33,085 nt of DNA from a virus. Its lineage: Duplodnaviria; Caudoviricetes. Shown in pieces: positions 7,688-20,000 of this stretch. The translations under genes and the position numbers were made by a program. Location of the stretch: positions 1 through 33,085 of the IMG/VR virus record IMGVR_UViG_3300016476_000512. The stretch is one strand, 5' to 3'. Position 1 is the first letter of the stretch. Every line of letters begins with the position of its first letter. A model generated the notes under the pieces. That model saw only the letters and a program-made list of their open reading frames with translations, had not been told where the DNA came from and did not search any database.

Positions 7688-10600
7688 ATGGCTATCACAA
7701 CACGTCAAACTAGTTTACTGGTCCAACAAGATTGGACTAAATTGTATCAAACTTTTCGTAATGCTGACTTTCAGAGTTACGATTACGAGACACTACGCAA
7801 GTCGATGATCGACTATTTGCGTACATATTACCCTGAGGATTTCAATGACTTTACAGAGTCAAGCGAATATGTCGCACTAATTGACCTGATTGCATTCCTA
7901 GGGCAAAGCCTTGCATTCCGCACCGACTTAAATGCTCGCGAAAACTTTATTGATACAGCAGAACGCAGAGACAGTGTTTTAAAATTAGCAAGACTAATTA
8001 GTTACAATCCAAAGCGTAACATTCCTGCAACAGGATACTTAAAAATCAATAGCATCAGCACCACTGAAAATATTGTGGACAGCAACGGCTTAAATCTCAG
8101 TAACTTATTAGTGACATGGAATGATGGCGCAAACGAAAACTGGCTCGAGCAATTTACGTCAATCTTAAACTCTGCATTAGTTAGTAGTCAAGTTATTGGC
8201 AAACCTGGTGCGAGCAATACAATCAACGGAATACAAACAGAAGAGTACAGTGTTAGTATTATCCCCGGTGTAAACCCAGTCTACAAGTTTGGATCTAGTG
8301 TCGAGGGCATTAATATGCCGTTTGAAGTAGTTAGTTCAACTTCGTATGGCCAATCGTACATCTACGAGCGCGACCCAAAACCAGCTGGTATTTTTAACCT
8401 ATTGTATAGAAACGACAATCAAGGAAATGGTTCAAACAATACCGGTTTCTTCTTGCAATTTAAACAAGGAGAATTGAGGACTCTGGACTTTACATTAAGC
8501 GACAGTTTGCCAAACAGAGTGGTCAATATCAATTTTGACAATATTAACAATACTGACGTGTGGTTGTATGAACTAACAAGTCAAAACGTGCCAGGTACTA
8601 AATGGACGCAAGTACCTGCGGTAGGTGGATTAAACGTTGTTTACAACCAAGAGGCAGACAGGAACTTATACCAAGTTAACACAAAGTCGAATGATAAAGT
8701 GGATCTAGTATTTGGTGATGGCGCTTTTGCTAATATCCCGCAGGGAAACTTTAGACTCTATTACCGTGTTAGCAACGGGCTATCTTACAAAATTACACCC
8801 GACGAAATGCAAAACATTTCGTTGACTATTAATTATGTTAGCCGTGTTGGTCGAATCGAAACTCTGACCGTTGTTGCAGGACTGCAATATACAGTAACTA
8901 ATGCCAGTGCAAAAGAGTCGATTGAAGATATTCGCACAAAAGCACCACAGCAGTACTACACCCAGAACCGCATGGTAACTGGTGAAGATTACAATACTCT
9001 GCCTTATACCAGCTTCAACAACATTCTAAAAGTAAAAGCAGTTAACAGAAGCAGCTCTGGTATTAGTCGATACCTTGATGTAGTTGATTCAACTGGCAAG
9101 TATTCTAGCACAAACATCTTTATACAAGATGCGTTAATATATAAGAACTATTCAAACTTAACATCTCAATTTACATACTCTACAGTCAGTGAAGTTAACC
9201 GAGTAATCTATAATGTTGCAAAGCCACTTGCATCTGCTAAAGCCGTTATGCATTTGTACTACGAACAGCAAGCGTCGAAGTCTTTTGCAACCGCAGCAGT
9301 ATGGCAGAGATTTACCACAAGCACAACATCTAGTGTAGGTTACTTTAACAACCTTACTACCGTTGGTGTAGCCGCAGGCGCGACTCCTGCCAGTGGATTC
9401 GACTTTGTTGAAGTTGGTGCATTAATTAAGTTTGTTCCAGATAGCGGATTCTACTTTAACAAGGATAACGAGCTAGTCGCCGGGACTCCTACGCTTCCAA
9501 CTGACAAAACATATATCTATGCCACAGTCAAAGGAGTCAACTCTCCTTATGTTACTTTATCCGAAGATATCCCTTCGGGCGCAAAAGCAGAAAGTATCAT
9601 TCCACGATTCAGCTCCGATTGGGATAATACACTGGTAAGTGTAATGTCGTCCTATATCATGGCAAACAAAGACTTCGGGTTACGTTACCAAACAACTACA
9701 GGTGCAAACACCGGATGGACTTATATCCCGCAAGCTAACCTAAGTTCTGACCCCGAAACAAAAGCATTTAGTCTTGCCAATGCTGGTAGCGCAAACGATG
9801 ACAGCTGGTTCTTGCTGTTTAAGTACAGTGCCGGTCAATACACAATTTACCAAAGAAACTTAACCTATTATGCTGAAAGTATTTTGGAAACACGTTTCTA
9901 CTTTGACAACAAAGTTAAAGTATACGACAGCACTACTGGATTAACTGTAAGAGACCACATCAAGGTTCTTAAAACAAACAGCCAGCCCGACAGTTCGTAT
10001 CCATTGGGTGCAGACCAAATTTGGTACGTTTACGATAACGTGGTCCAAGCCGACGGCTATCAGGATACTAGCAAAGTATTGATTACGTTCCCCGATAAAG
10101 ACAATGATGGTGTTCCTGATGATCCGACATTGTTTAAACAGTTAGTTAATCCAACTGTTAACGTTGGTAACAAGTTTGTTTTCTTTAAACAAGCAATTGA
10201 CTACAGCAGCTTCATAAAGTACAACGTAGTTGACTCATCTTTAGTAGTTACTACGTATTCAACAAAGAATGAAGTCTCGTTAAACTCGTCTCTTTACCAA
10301 AATGGTACAATTTTCTATGCTTACAGCGAAAATGCATTCTACGTACTAACTGAAGGTATTCCTGTAGTAACTACTGATTACATTGCCAAGGTAGGTCGCC
10401 AAAGCTTGTATTGCCAGTATAGACACAATAGTCCAAATAATCGCCGAATTGATCCGAGCCCCAACAACATTGTTGATTTGTATATGTTAACAAAAGCATT
10501 CAATGACTCGTACACTGCATGGATTCGAGACACCAGCAATAAGTTGTCAGAACCAGTTGCTCCTACCACCGACGAGTTAAGGACTGAGTTTGGGACTCTT

Positions 10601-11041
10601 GAGAACCTAAAGGCACTTAGCGATACTATCATTTATAATCCGGCAAAATTTAAGCCAGTTTTTGGTATTAAAGCTGATCCTCAATTACGTGCAACATTTA
10701 AGATTGTAAAGAATCCCAATATTGCAGTAAGTGACAATGATATTAAGAGTCAGGTTGTGTCTGCAATTAACAGTTATTTTGATATTGCTAACTGGGACTT
10801 CGGCGAGACTTTCTTCTTCAGCGAATTAAGTGCTTACCTACACAATAAACTAACACCTAATGTTAGCAGTATCATTATTGTACCTAGCTCGACTAATGCA
10901 GTGTTTGGTAGCTTATATCAAATTAATGCAGAGCCAAACGAAATTATCACTAGCGCAGCAACAGTTGATAATGTTGAAATCATCAGCGCCATCACTGCGG
11001 CACAATTGAACCAGACCGCAGTAGGGTTAAATATTATATAA
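7688..11041 (+). CDS. gp6: Baseplate wedge protein, gp6/baseplate-J-like (enlarged, 1117 aa)
   Basis: DFQSYDYETLRKSMIDYL...LIDLIAFLG...ENFIDTAERRDSVLKLARLISYNPKR, VFGDG and ESIEDIRTKAPQQYYTQNRMVTGEDY are characteristic gp6 motifs. Confidence 0.9.
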   Translation: MAITTRQTSLLVQQDWTKLYQTFRNADFQSYDYETLRKSMIDYLRTYYPEDFNDFTESSEYVALIDLIAFLGQSLAFRTDLNARENFIDTAERRDSVLKLARLISYNPKRNIPATGYLKINSISTTENIVDSNGLNLSNLLVTWNDGANENWLEQFTSILNSALVSSQVIGKPGASNTINGIQTEEYSVSIIPGVNPVYKFGSSVEGINMPFEVVSSTSYGQSYIYERDPKPAGIFNLLYRNDNQGNGSNNTGFFLQFKQGELRTLDFTLSDSLPNRVVNINFDNINNTDVWLYELTSQNVPGTKWTQVPAVGGLNVVYNQEADRNLYQVNTKSNDKVDLVFGDGAFANIPQGNFRLYYRVSNGLSYKITPDEMQNISLTINYVSRVGRIETLTVVAGLQYTVTNASAKESIEDIRTKAPQQYYTQNRMVTGEDYNTLPYTSFNNILKVKAVNRSSSGISRYLDVVDSTGKYSSTNIFIQDALIYKNYSNLTSQFTYSTVSEVNRVIYNVAKPLASAKAVMHLYYEQQASKSFATAAVWQRFTTSTTSSVGYFNNLTTVGVAAGATPASGFDFVEVGALIKFVPDSGFYFNKDNELVAGTPTLPTDKTYIYATVKGVNSPYVTLSEDIPSGAKAESIIPRFSSDWDNTLVSVMSSYIMANKDFGLRYQTTTGANTGWTYIPQANLSSDPETKAFSLANAGSANDDSWFLLFKYSAGQYTIYQRNLTYYAESILETRFYFDNKVKVYDSTTGLTVRDHIKVLKTNSQPDSSYPLGADQIWYVYDNVVQADGYQDTSKVLITFPDKDNDGVPDDPTLFKQLVNPTVNVGNKFVFFKQAIDYSSFIKYNVVDSSLVVTTYSTKNEVSLNSSLYQNGTIFYAYSENAFYVLTEGIPVVTTDYIAKVGRQSLYCQYRHNSPNNRRIDPSPNNIVDLYMLTKAFNDSYTAWIRDTSNKLSEPVAPTTDELRTEFGTLENLKALSDTIIYNPAKFKPVFGIKADPQLRATFKIVKNPNIAVSDNDIKSQVVSAINSYFDIANWDFGETFFFSELSAYLHNKLTPNVSSIIIVPSSTNAVFGSLYQINAEPNEIITSAATVDNVEIISAITAAQLNQTAVGLNII

Positions 11042-11058
11042 GACATTGAAGTACTAAT

Positions 11059-14000
11059 ATGGCAGCTATTAAAACAATTAATTTTTTACCAGAGATCTTC
11101 CGCACAGATACAAACAAAAAGTTTCTAAATGCAACGTTAGATCAACTTGTAAGTGAGCCTAACTTAAAAAGAGTTAACGGTTACATTGGTAGAAAATTTG
11201 CGCCGACTTATAAATCGTCTGACAGCTATATCGATGAGATCGATAGCCAACGACAAAATTATCAGCTAGAACCTGGTGCAGTAGTCTATAACCCCGAAAC
11301 TGATAATGTTGATTTCTACGGAAGCTATATTGATCTAGTAAACAAAGTAAAATATCACGGTGGCATAACAGATAACCACAGTCGCTTATTTGGCGGAGAG
11401 TTTTATAGTTTTGATGGTAAATTTGACTTTGACAAGTTAATTAACTTTAGCCAATACTACTGGTTACCTAAAGGGCCAGAGAGCGTAACTGTTACTGCAA
11501 ATTCTGTGCCTATGACTTATACCTGGGACGTCGAAGTTGACGTCACTTCGGGTGCATGGAGATTTAGCGACCGAAACAAAGTAGACCTAAATCCTAACAT
11601 TACATTAGCCTACGGTGGCGTGTACACATTTAATGTTAAAGCAGGACAATTCTGGATTCAAACAGAAGCGACCACTACTGGGTTCAACCCATTGCATCCA
11701 GGTATCGACTTAAGAGAAGTGCTGGGTGTTGAGAATAACGGCGCTACCAGTGGGCAAGTTACATTCAGGGTTCCTCAACCTTCTGGTCAGGACAGATTTA
11801 CAAAAATGATCGACCCAGTTAATGGGGTCGAAGTGGACTTTGCAACTTCGCTAACGTATAAGGATTTGCAAGGCAACACAGTATCCAACTTGAACGATGT
11901 TTTAAAAGGTATTGATGGGGTTAAATCTGACCCCAATGGTAAAAAAATTATCTTTGTTGGGTCAGCTATTGACGATATCTTCTGGACTGTGGAATCTAAC
12001 GTTGATCCTCAAACATTAACTCCTATTGATCCGCTATTAGTAGTACCTAAAGAAGATCGCACAAAAACTTGGATAGTCCAAGTTGATCAGGATGGAGTAA
12101 TTAATCTAGTTGCTTACGACCCAATTGACAAGAATAAAGCCGTTTACGTTAAGTCTGGTGTACTAAACGCTTCTAGATACTTCTACGTTGATTATACTGG
12201 ATTCTATAAACCAGTTCCACTTATCACAGCACCTCTAACTACACTCGCTTATCAAAATAGCCAAAGTGGTTCAGGGTTTGGTACAATTAGCTTAGTGAAC
12301 CCATCGAATGCAGTTATCAATCCTGACTTAGAAATTGTAGGTAAAAAATATTATACAAGCCCCAACGGAGTAACATTCACAAACGGCTTGAAAGTCAAGT
12401 TTGACTCAACAGTATTTCCGAACAGTTACTACGCATACAAGTTCGACGATTATGTTGACTGGAAAGGTTTCGTAATATCTCGTGGTGGGTACATCACCGG
12501 AGACCAAAATTCTGGCTACGCATATATGGACGATGCCCGAATTGGTGAATGGAGTGCAGTAAACGGATTAATTTACAAAGAGTGGTACGTCGAGGGTGTT
12601 GGCACAGGTATTAAGCTAGTTAACAGCAATACGCTAATTGCACCTGAGCTTGAGAATCTAAATACACACGACTATATTACTATTAACCGTTCTAGCCTAG
12701 ATGGTAACGCATGGAGTAGGAGTAACCGTTGGTTCCACATTGACGTTATTAAAGCCACCGACACATATAATGGTTCTACCACTCCGATTGATCAAAACTC
12801 GAGGGCAAAGAGAGCGATTATCGAATTTGATCCAAACTTAAAATTATTCCAGTATGGTAAAGTTGCGTTAGACCCAATTAATCAACTAGATTACGTTATC
12901 ACTGATGCATATTCACAAGTTGTAACACGCATCACAGATAATGCAAATTCGATGACTATCACCAACAATGGTAATTCTGTTACATTGAACAATGGTGATA
13001 GAGTTATTTTTGCAAGCGATGCTAATCCTATTGTTAGACGTAAAATCTACAAGTTTAAAATTGTAGACATCAGTGAAAACCCTTTTGCTAACTTGTACAT
13101 TGGCTTAATCGAAGAAGATGGGCTTGTTGAAGTACAGGAAGGCAACGACCTTTTAGTTTTAGTAACAGGCGGCCAAAACGCAAATAAACAGTTCTACTTT
13201 GATGGAGTAAACTGGTTACTATGCCAACAAAAAACAAAAGTTAACCAGCCACCGTTGTTTGACGCATTCGACGAGAATGGTGTAAGCTACGGAGATACAA
13301 ACACCTACGTCAACAGCAGCTTTAAAGGTACAACAATTTTCAGCTACAAAGTTGGCACAGGCACAGCTGATTCGGTACTCGGATTCCCTTTAAGTTACAG
13401 AACTTTTAACAACATTGGTGATATCCAATTTGAAAACACTTGGGATACTCAGCAGTTTACATATCTTGTAAGTCCTAATACTCTTACTAAAAATATCAAT
13501 AGTGGTTACTTGCATATAACCATAGATCTGCAAAACTATCAAGAGGCAAATCTCTGGGAAAAAGTTGTTGAGCAAAGTAAGCAGTATCAAATTATCAGCC
13601 ACACCGCAGACGGTGTAAACAACCTATTTGAAATTGATATTTTACCTAACCCTAGTACCACAACCGAAGGTTACAAAGCATTACCTAACATTAACGTTTT
13701 TGTTAACAATAAGTTTGTCGACGTTAACAGCTTTGGATTGGCACAGGTCGGAATTAGATATGCGGTCCTAGTAAACCCTGTTATTTTAAAAGCAGGCGAT
13801 ACAGTCGACATCTTAATTTACAGCGATAGTGTAAGTAAGATGGGCTATTACCAAATTCCGCAAAATCTTGAAAACAATAGCTTAAACCAGAATTTTGATA
13901 GCCTAACCTTAGGTCAAATCCGTAACCATCTGATTAAGATTTCTCAGAATAGTCAGGATGTTACTGGCGCAGTACCTGGTAACAGCAACATCAGAGATTT

Positions 14001-17000
14001 AGACATTAAGTGCCAGGGCGGTGTTATTTTAAAACACAGCAGCCCTGTGGTTTACAGTAACCTGTTTTTAGTTGACAATAACTTAAATTTTGTTGAAAGT
14101 TTGAAACTTGCACAGAAAGAGTATACTAGAGTTAAAAATAAAATTGTTGAGTTGTCTACAACAATCGAAGTAAATGTTACTAATATTGCAGAAACTCTTG
14201 ACAACATTCTTTATGTTATTAACGGAGTTAAAAATAAGAACTTCCCTTGGTACCACAGTGATATGTTACCTTGGGGTCAAAATAAAAAAGTTCTTCCTGC
14301 ATACACAGTACTCGATCCTAGAATTCGCGAATACGAACTTTCAAGTATTTTTAATCCAACTGCACTAAGCAACAAAGCAGTATTGATTTACTTGACACGT
14401 TCAACCGGTACACAAACTACCACTGAACTATTAAAGCACGAAATTGATTATGTCTTTAATAGTAATAGTCCTAGCTTCAGGATTCTCGACAGTTTTAATC
14501 TAAACTACGATGATATTTTAACCGTTGTTGAGTACTTCGACACAGACGGAAACTTTATTCCTGAAACTCCAACAAAACTTGGATTGTATCCAAAGTTTGT
14601 TCCAGAAATATACACCGATGAAACATATGCTAGCGGTCCTGTAACTGTTATCCGTGGACACGACGGCAGCATTACTCCTGCCTACGGTGATTTCAGAGAT
14701 CAGATTCTTCTTGAATTTGAAAGAAGAATTTACAACAACATTAAAGTTAAGTTTGCACACGAAGACCTAGTTCAACATATTCCTGGTGCGTTCCGTGTCA
14801 CTGATTACAGTTTAGCTGAGTGGAATCAGATTCTAAGCAGCAGCTTCTTAACATGGATTGGTAATAACAGACTTGATTACAGTACAAACAATTATTTCCA
14901 GTCAAACAACCCATGGACCTGGAACTACAAAAACTTCAAAGATACTCTAGAACCCGGCAAAGTTGTTAGCGATAGAAACAACTTGCAAGGTACATGGCGT
15001 GCAGTTTATCAGTATTTCTTTGACACCGATAAGCCGCATACACATCCTTGGGAAATGCTAGGATTCCGACACAAACCCGACTACTGGGATAGCCGTTACG
15101 GTCCTGCCCCTTATACTGGCGGTAACTTGATTCTCTGGAATGACCTAATGGAAGGTTATATCCACGATGGCGACAGAAAAGGTTACGACTTACGTTATGC
15201 CCGTCGCCGAGTTGTTGATCCTGAAACAAGTACTATCATTAGACTTGGGTTAGTTGACATTATCCCAGTGGATGATGCTGGTAACCTACGTCCACCTAGT
15301 GAGATTCTTGTATCTAATTTTAACAGCAGCAAAGCTAATGCAAGTTACGCAATCGGGGACCAAGGACCAGTTGAAACAGCATGGAGACGCAGTAGCGACT
15401 ACCCTTACGCATTAACTCTTGCAACCGCATTAATGAAGCCCGCTGAGTTTTTTGGGTCTTACATTAACATTGACAGATTGATTTACAACACAAAATTTGG
15501 CCAATGGGTTACAAAGGATACTAATCAGCACATTATACCTACTGCTATTGAAGTTAACGGGTACACTAACGCATCCGGTACAATCTTTAGAACCGCAGGT
15601 TACATTAACTGGATCAGCGATTATCTGAAGAACTTAGGCATCGGTGATCCTCAATCACTGATTAAAACTTACCTTAAAAACCTAAACACACAACTTAGCT
15701 ACAAAGTTGGTGGATTCACTGATAAGAATTATGTCAAAGTGCTAGCAGAGCAAGGAAGTCCTAACAGCACAAACGACAGTATTGTTATCCCTGATACAAA
15801 CTATAGGATTGAGCTATACAAGTCTGTTCCTGTTAACAGAATTACATACAGTGCTGTGATCGTTGAAAAAACACAAAATGGTTACACCGTTAGTGGTTAC
15901 AACCTCGGTAGTCCTTACTTTACTATTGTTCCGAGCCTAGCAAACAATAATAGTTACAGTGTTAAGGTTGGAAGATTAACTGGCGTAATTTATAAAGACT
16001 ATCAACGTGTAAGAGTTCGAGTCCCATATGGTTTTGAATTCGCAACCTCTCAAGAAGTGGTAGACTTCTTAGTAGGATACCAGCGTCAACTACAAAGCCA
16101 GGGATTCGTATTCAACGATTACGACCAAGACTTGAAAGCTAAAAAAGATTGGATACTAAGTGCAAAAGAGTTCCTAACATGGGCACAACAAGGATGGAAT
16201 CCTGGTAACGTTATTATCCTAAGCCCAGTTGACCAAAAGCTATCAGTGTCGAGCGCAGATTCTGTTGTTGACGAAATTGTTAACTTGCCTAGTGGATCAA
16301 AATTACTAGATCCTAACTTTGCAGTCATTAAGTCTAACGCAATGACAATAATGCGTCAAGACAACCGCTTCTCGGTTGAAGCGATCAAAGGACAAACTAT
16401 TGCATTTGCAGACTTGAATCTAGTTAGATTCGAACACGTATTAATTTTTGATAATGTCACATCATTCAACGACGTAATCTACAGTCCAAGTACTGGCAAT
16501 AGACAATACAGATTAAAACTTGTCGGAAGTAAAACAGCAGAGTGGACCGGTGCATTAAACCCTCCGGGATTTATCTACAATAGTTCTAAAGTCGACGAAT
16601 GGAAACCCGGTGTTGATTACAGGAAAGGTACATTAGTTTCGTACAAGGCAAATTATTTTGTGGCGTTAGAAAATGTAACTGCTAACGAGTTGTTTGTTAC
16701 TACAAGTTGGAAACAGATTAACAAGTCTAGCATTAAGACTGGAATCCTTCCTAACTTTGCAACAAACGCAGCTAAGTCAGAAAACTTCTACGATTTAGAC
16801 AATCAGCCAACTGACGAAACTCTAAACTTCTACAGCAACGGTATTACTGGATTTAGAGAGCGTCAGTTCTTGACAGATTTGAACCTTGATGTAGAAACAC
16901 AAAGCAAGTTCTACCAAGGGTACATTAAGCAAAAAGGTACAAAGAATTCGGTGCTTGCACTTGCACAAGCACAAATTGCTAACATCAGCAGCGAAGTTAA

Positions 17001-20000
17001 CCTTTTTGAGGAATGGGCAGTTCGAGTAGGAGAATACGGAGCAACAGAAAGCAACAAGTATGTTGAGATTATTCTCGACGACAGTACTGTAACTTCTAAT
17101 CCTGTTCCACTGGAATTCCTAGAAACAGCAGCAGTTAAAACACTTGGATTTAGCTCGTATCATCCATCGGACATTTATCAAAGCAGTCTAGATTTTAAAC
17201 CTGATGTGTTTGATATATACGAAACATCTGCATCTAAGAAAACTCTGCCAGTTGCAGGATATGCGTCTCTGGATCAAGTAAGTACAACTATCTTTGATCT
17301 AGCAAACTATACTAGCTTGCAGTCTATTATTGACCAAATTGGTATTGGGTACACTATCTGGACAGCCAAAGGTTTCACCGGAAGCTGGGATGTATACCGC
17401 GTTAGCGAAACCAACTGCCAAGTTACAAGCTTGTCTTATAGCATTGACAACGTTGCACAATTTACAACAAACAGACCACACGGTTTATCGGTAGGCGATG
17501 TTGTTGCAGTTAAAGGGTTCGACAGCAGATTCGATGGTTTTTACCAAATCTTTGCAACACCGACTACTAACAGTTTCTCAGTTGGCTTACGTCAGAACTA
17601 CGCACTACTAAGCCAGCTTATCAACGTTGCCGGAAGAGGTTTATTGTTTAAATTAACAAGCTCTCGTATTCAGAAGCCGAGCGATATTGATACCATTAGA
17701 CCTAAGTACGGTTGGGCAGCCGGGGATAAAGTCTGGGTTGACAATCTAGACAGTGAGGGTAACTGGGGAGTATATAACAAGGCCGAACCTTGGGGCTTTG
17801 TTTCTCAGATTAACTTAAACAGCAGTGAATACTCAGGTAACGACCAGTTTGGTAGCAGTGTACAACTTTCAAAAGATGCATCTATCTTGTATGCCGGCGC
17901 ACCTTACAGTGCAGGAACAGGTCGTGCAGCAGTATTCCTAAAAACTTCTACCGGTGATTGGGTAGAGAACAGCAACTTTGTTATCAACAGTTACGGCGTT
18001 GTCGGATTTGGGCAAGCTATTCAGGTAAGCTCTAAAACTTTTGTTGTCGCTGCCCCTCTTAGCTTTAACAGCCGCGGATACGTATTTGTATTCACAATTT
18101 CTAACAACGGTATTCAGATTAATCAGGTCCTGACAGATCCAACTGGAACATCCAATGGCCTATTTGGTGAGACAATCAGTCTCAGCGACGATGGCGAATG
18201 GTTATACGTTGGCGCACCTGGTACAGGTAAGGTGTTTGCATACGGAAGAACCTCTCGTGCAAGCACATCTCAGCAGATTACTGCCGATGGTATTGCAAAC
18301 GACTTCACATTGTCTAATCAAACTATTACAGATCCTGCTAGCTTGCTAGTTACCAGTGACGTGCCATACATTCCTAATGTGCAGTACACTATTGTAAACG
18401 TTGGAGGTACTTATAAGCTACGATTCATTGACGACGCCGGAACTCCTACACCGCCGTCTCCTGGATCTATCCTTGTAACTTTCCACAGCACTTATGATCT
18501 AAAAGACACATGGACTGGAGTAACTGGTTTTGGTAAGAGTGTAAAGACTAATGCAGCAGGAAACCAAGTTGTAGTTGGATCTAACAAGGAAACTGTAAAT
18601 GGTACTATGCTAGCAGGAAAAACCTACGTATACGACAGAAGTATTGAAGGTTTTATTGCCAGCGGCACACAAAATACTTTTATCCCTACTAGACCTCTAC
18701 AGTCAAAGTATCGCGTTACTTTAAACGGTCAGGAAATGACACAAGGCGTTAACTATTATCTAGTTAGCGGCAACATTCAGTTTGTGACAACCCCGGCGGC
18801 CGGATCTATTGTTAATATCGAAACCAACTACTTTGCGCTAATTCAAAGTTTTGGCAGCAAGGTTAGCATGTATGCACAAGAACTTGGTACCTCGGCAGAT
18901 ATTTGCCCGAATACTTGTTCTCTATATGTATCCGCACCTAATTACTCTACCGCAGATTATCAATTTGGTGCAGTGTACCGATTTGTAAATCAAGGTAAGC
19001 TGTACGGAACAATAACAGGCAACACTAAAAATCCAACAGTAACTCCGGGTCACAGCATTAGAATTAATAATGTTGTAATTCAGTTTACGGATTCTACATT
19101 AGTTCACGTGATTAATAAAATCAACGGCTCGGGTATCCCTGGGGTCACTGCAACTAGCGTCGACGGATATCTAAAAATTCAGTCTAGTTCTGTAATTCAG
19201 TTTAACAAATTGGATGTATTACCATCGGTTGGAACTGCAATATCAGATTTGGGACTTGATATTTTTGTACAAGCGCAAAAGATAACACATCCTAACTCTA
19301 CACCAGAGAACGAATTCTTTGGCTCAACTGTTAAAATCAGCGACACCGCAGATCAATTAGTTGTTGGCAGCAGAGGGGGCAACAGTTACTTAAACACTAC
19401 CTTTGACGAGAATACCTCTACTTTCGATATCGGAAGTACAAACATGGTAGATAAAGTACAAGGTTCTGGTGCGGTTTACGTATATGATTTAATGGAGAAT
19501 CCGTACGAAACAGCAGAAAATCCGAGCATGTTTGCGTATGTCCAACAGCTAACACCAGGAGCAGAAAGCAGCCAGCTTGACAGCGGATTTAACCTTGGCG
19601 CCAGCATTGACATAAAGAACGGTTATGTTGTTATTGGCGCAAATTACCATTCACAGTTTAACAACGGTGGTTGTGTTTTTGCATTCGATAATGCAGATGG
19701 CACAGGCGGCTGGGACTTAATTCGATATAAAGAGCCTCGCGTTGACCCTGAGAGCATTGACCGCATCTATGTCTACAACACTAAATCTAAGTCGATACTA
19801 GCAAGGCTTGATTGCTATGACCCAGTTAAAGGTAAAATCCTGGGTGTAGCCGAAGCAGACCTAGACCATGTTTCCGAAGAAGACCCAGCAGTGTACAACG
19901 ATGGCAATCCTGCTGATGGTAACGGAACCGGTACTGACCTAAGCTACGATGCACTATACCACTGGTCAGATCTACAAGAAGGACGCACTTGGTGGGATAC

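Noticed and set aside
169-11041. Bacterial T6SS/eCIS/tailocin locus rather than a phage
   Set aside because: T4-type late boxes, a GIY-YIG endonuclease, a giant wedge protein and the lack of Tss membrane-complex, ATPase or host genes favour a large myovirus. Capsid genes are outside the window, so this is not formally proven.
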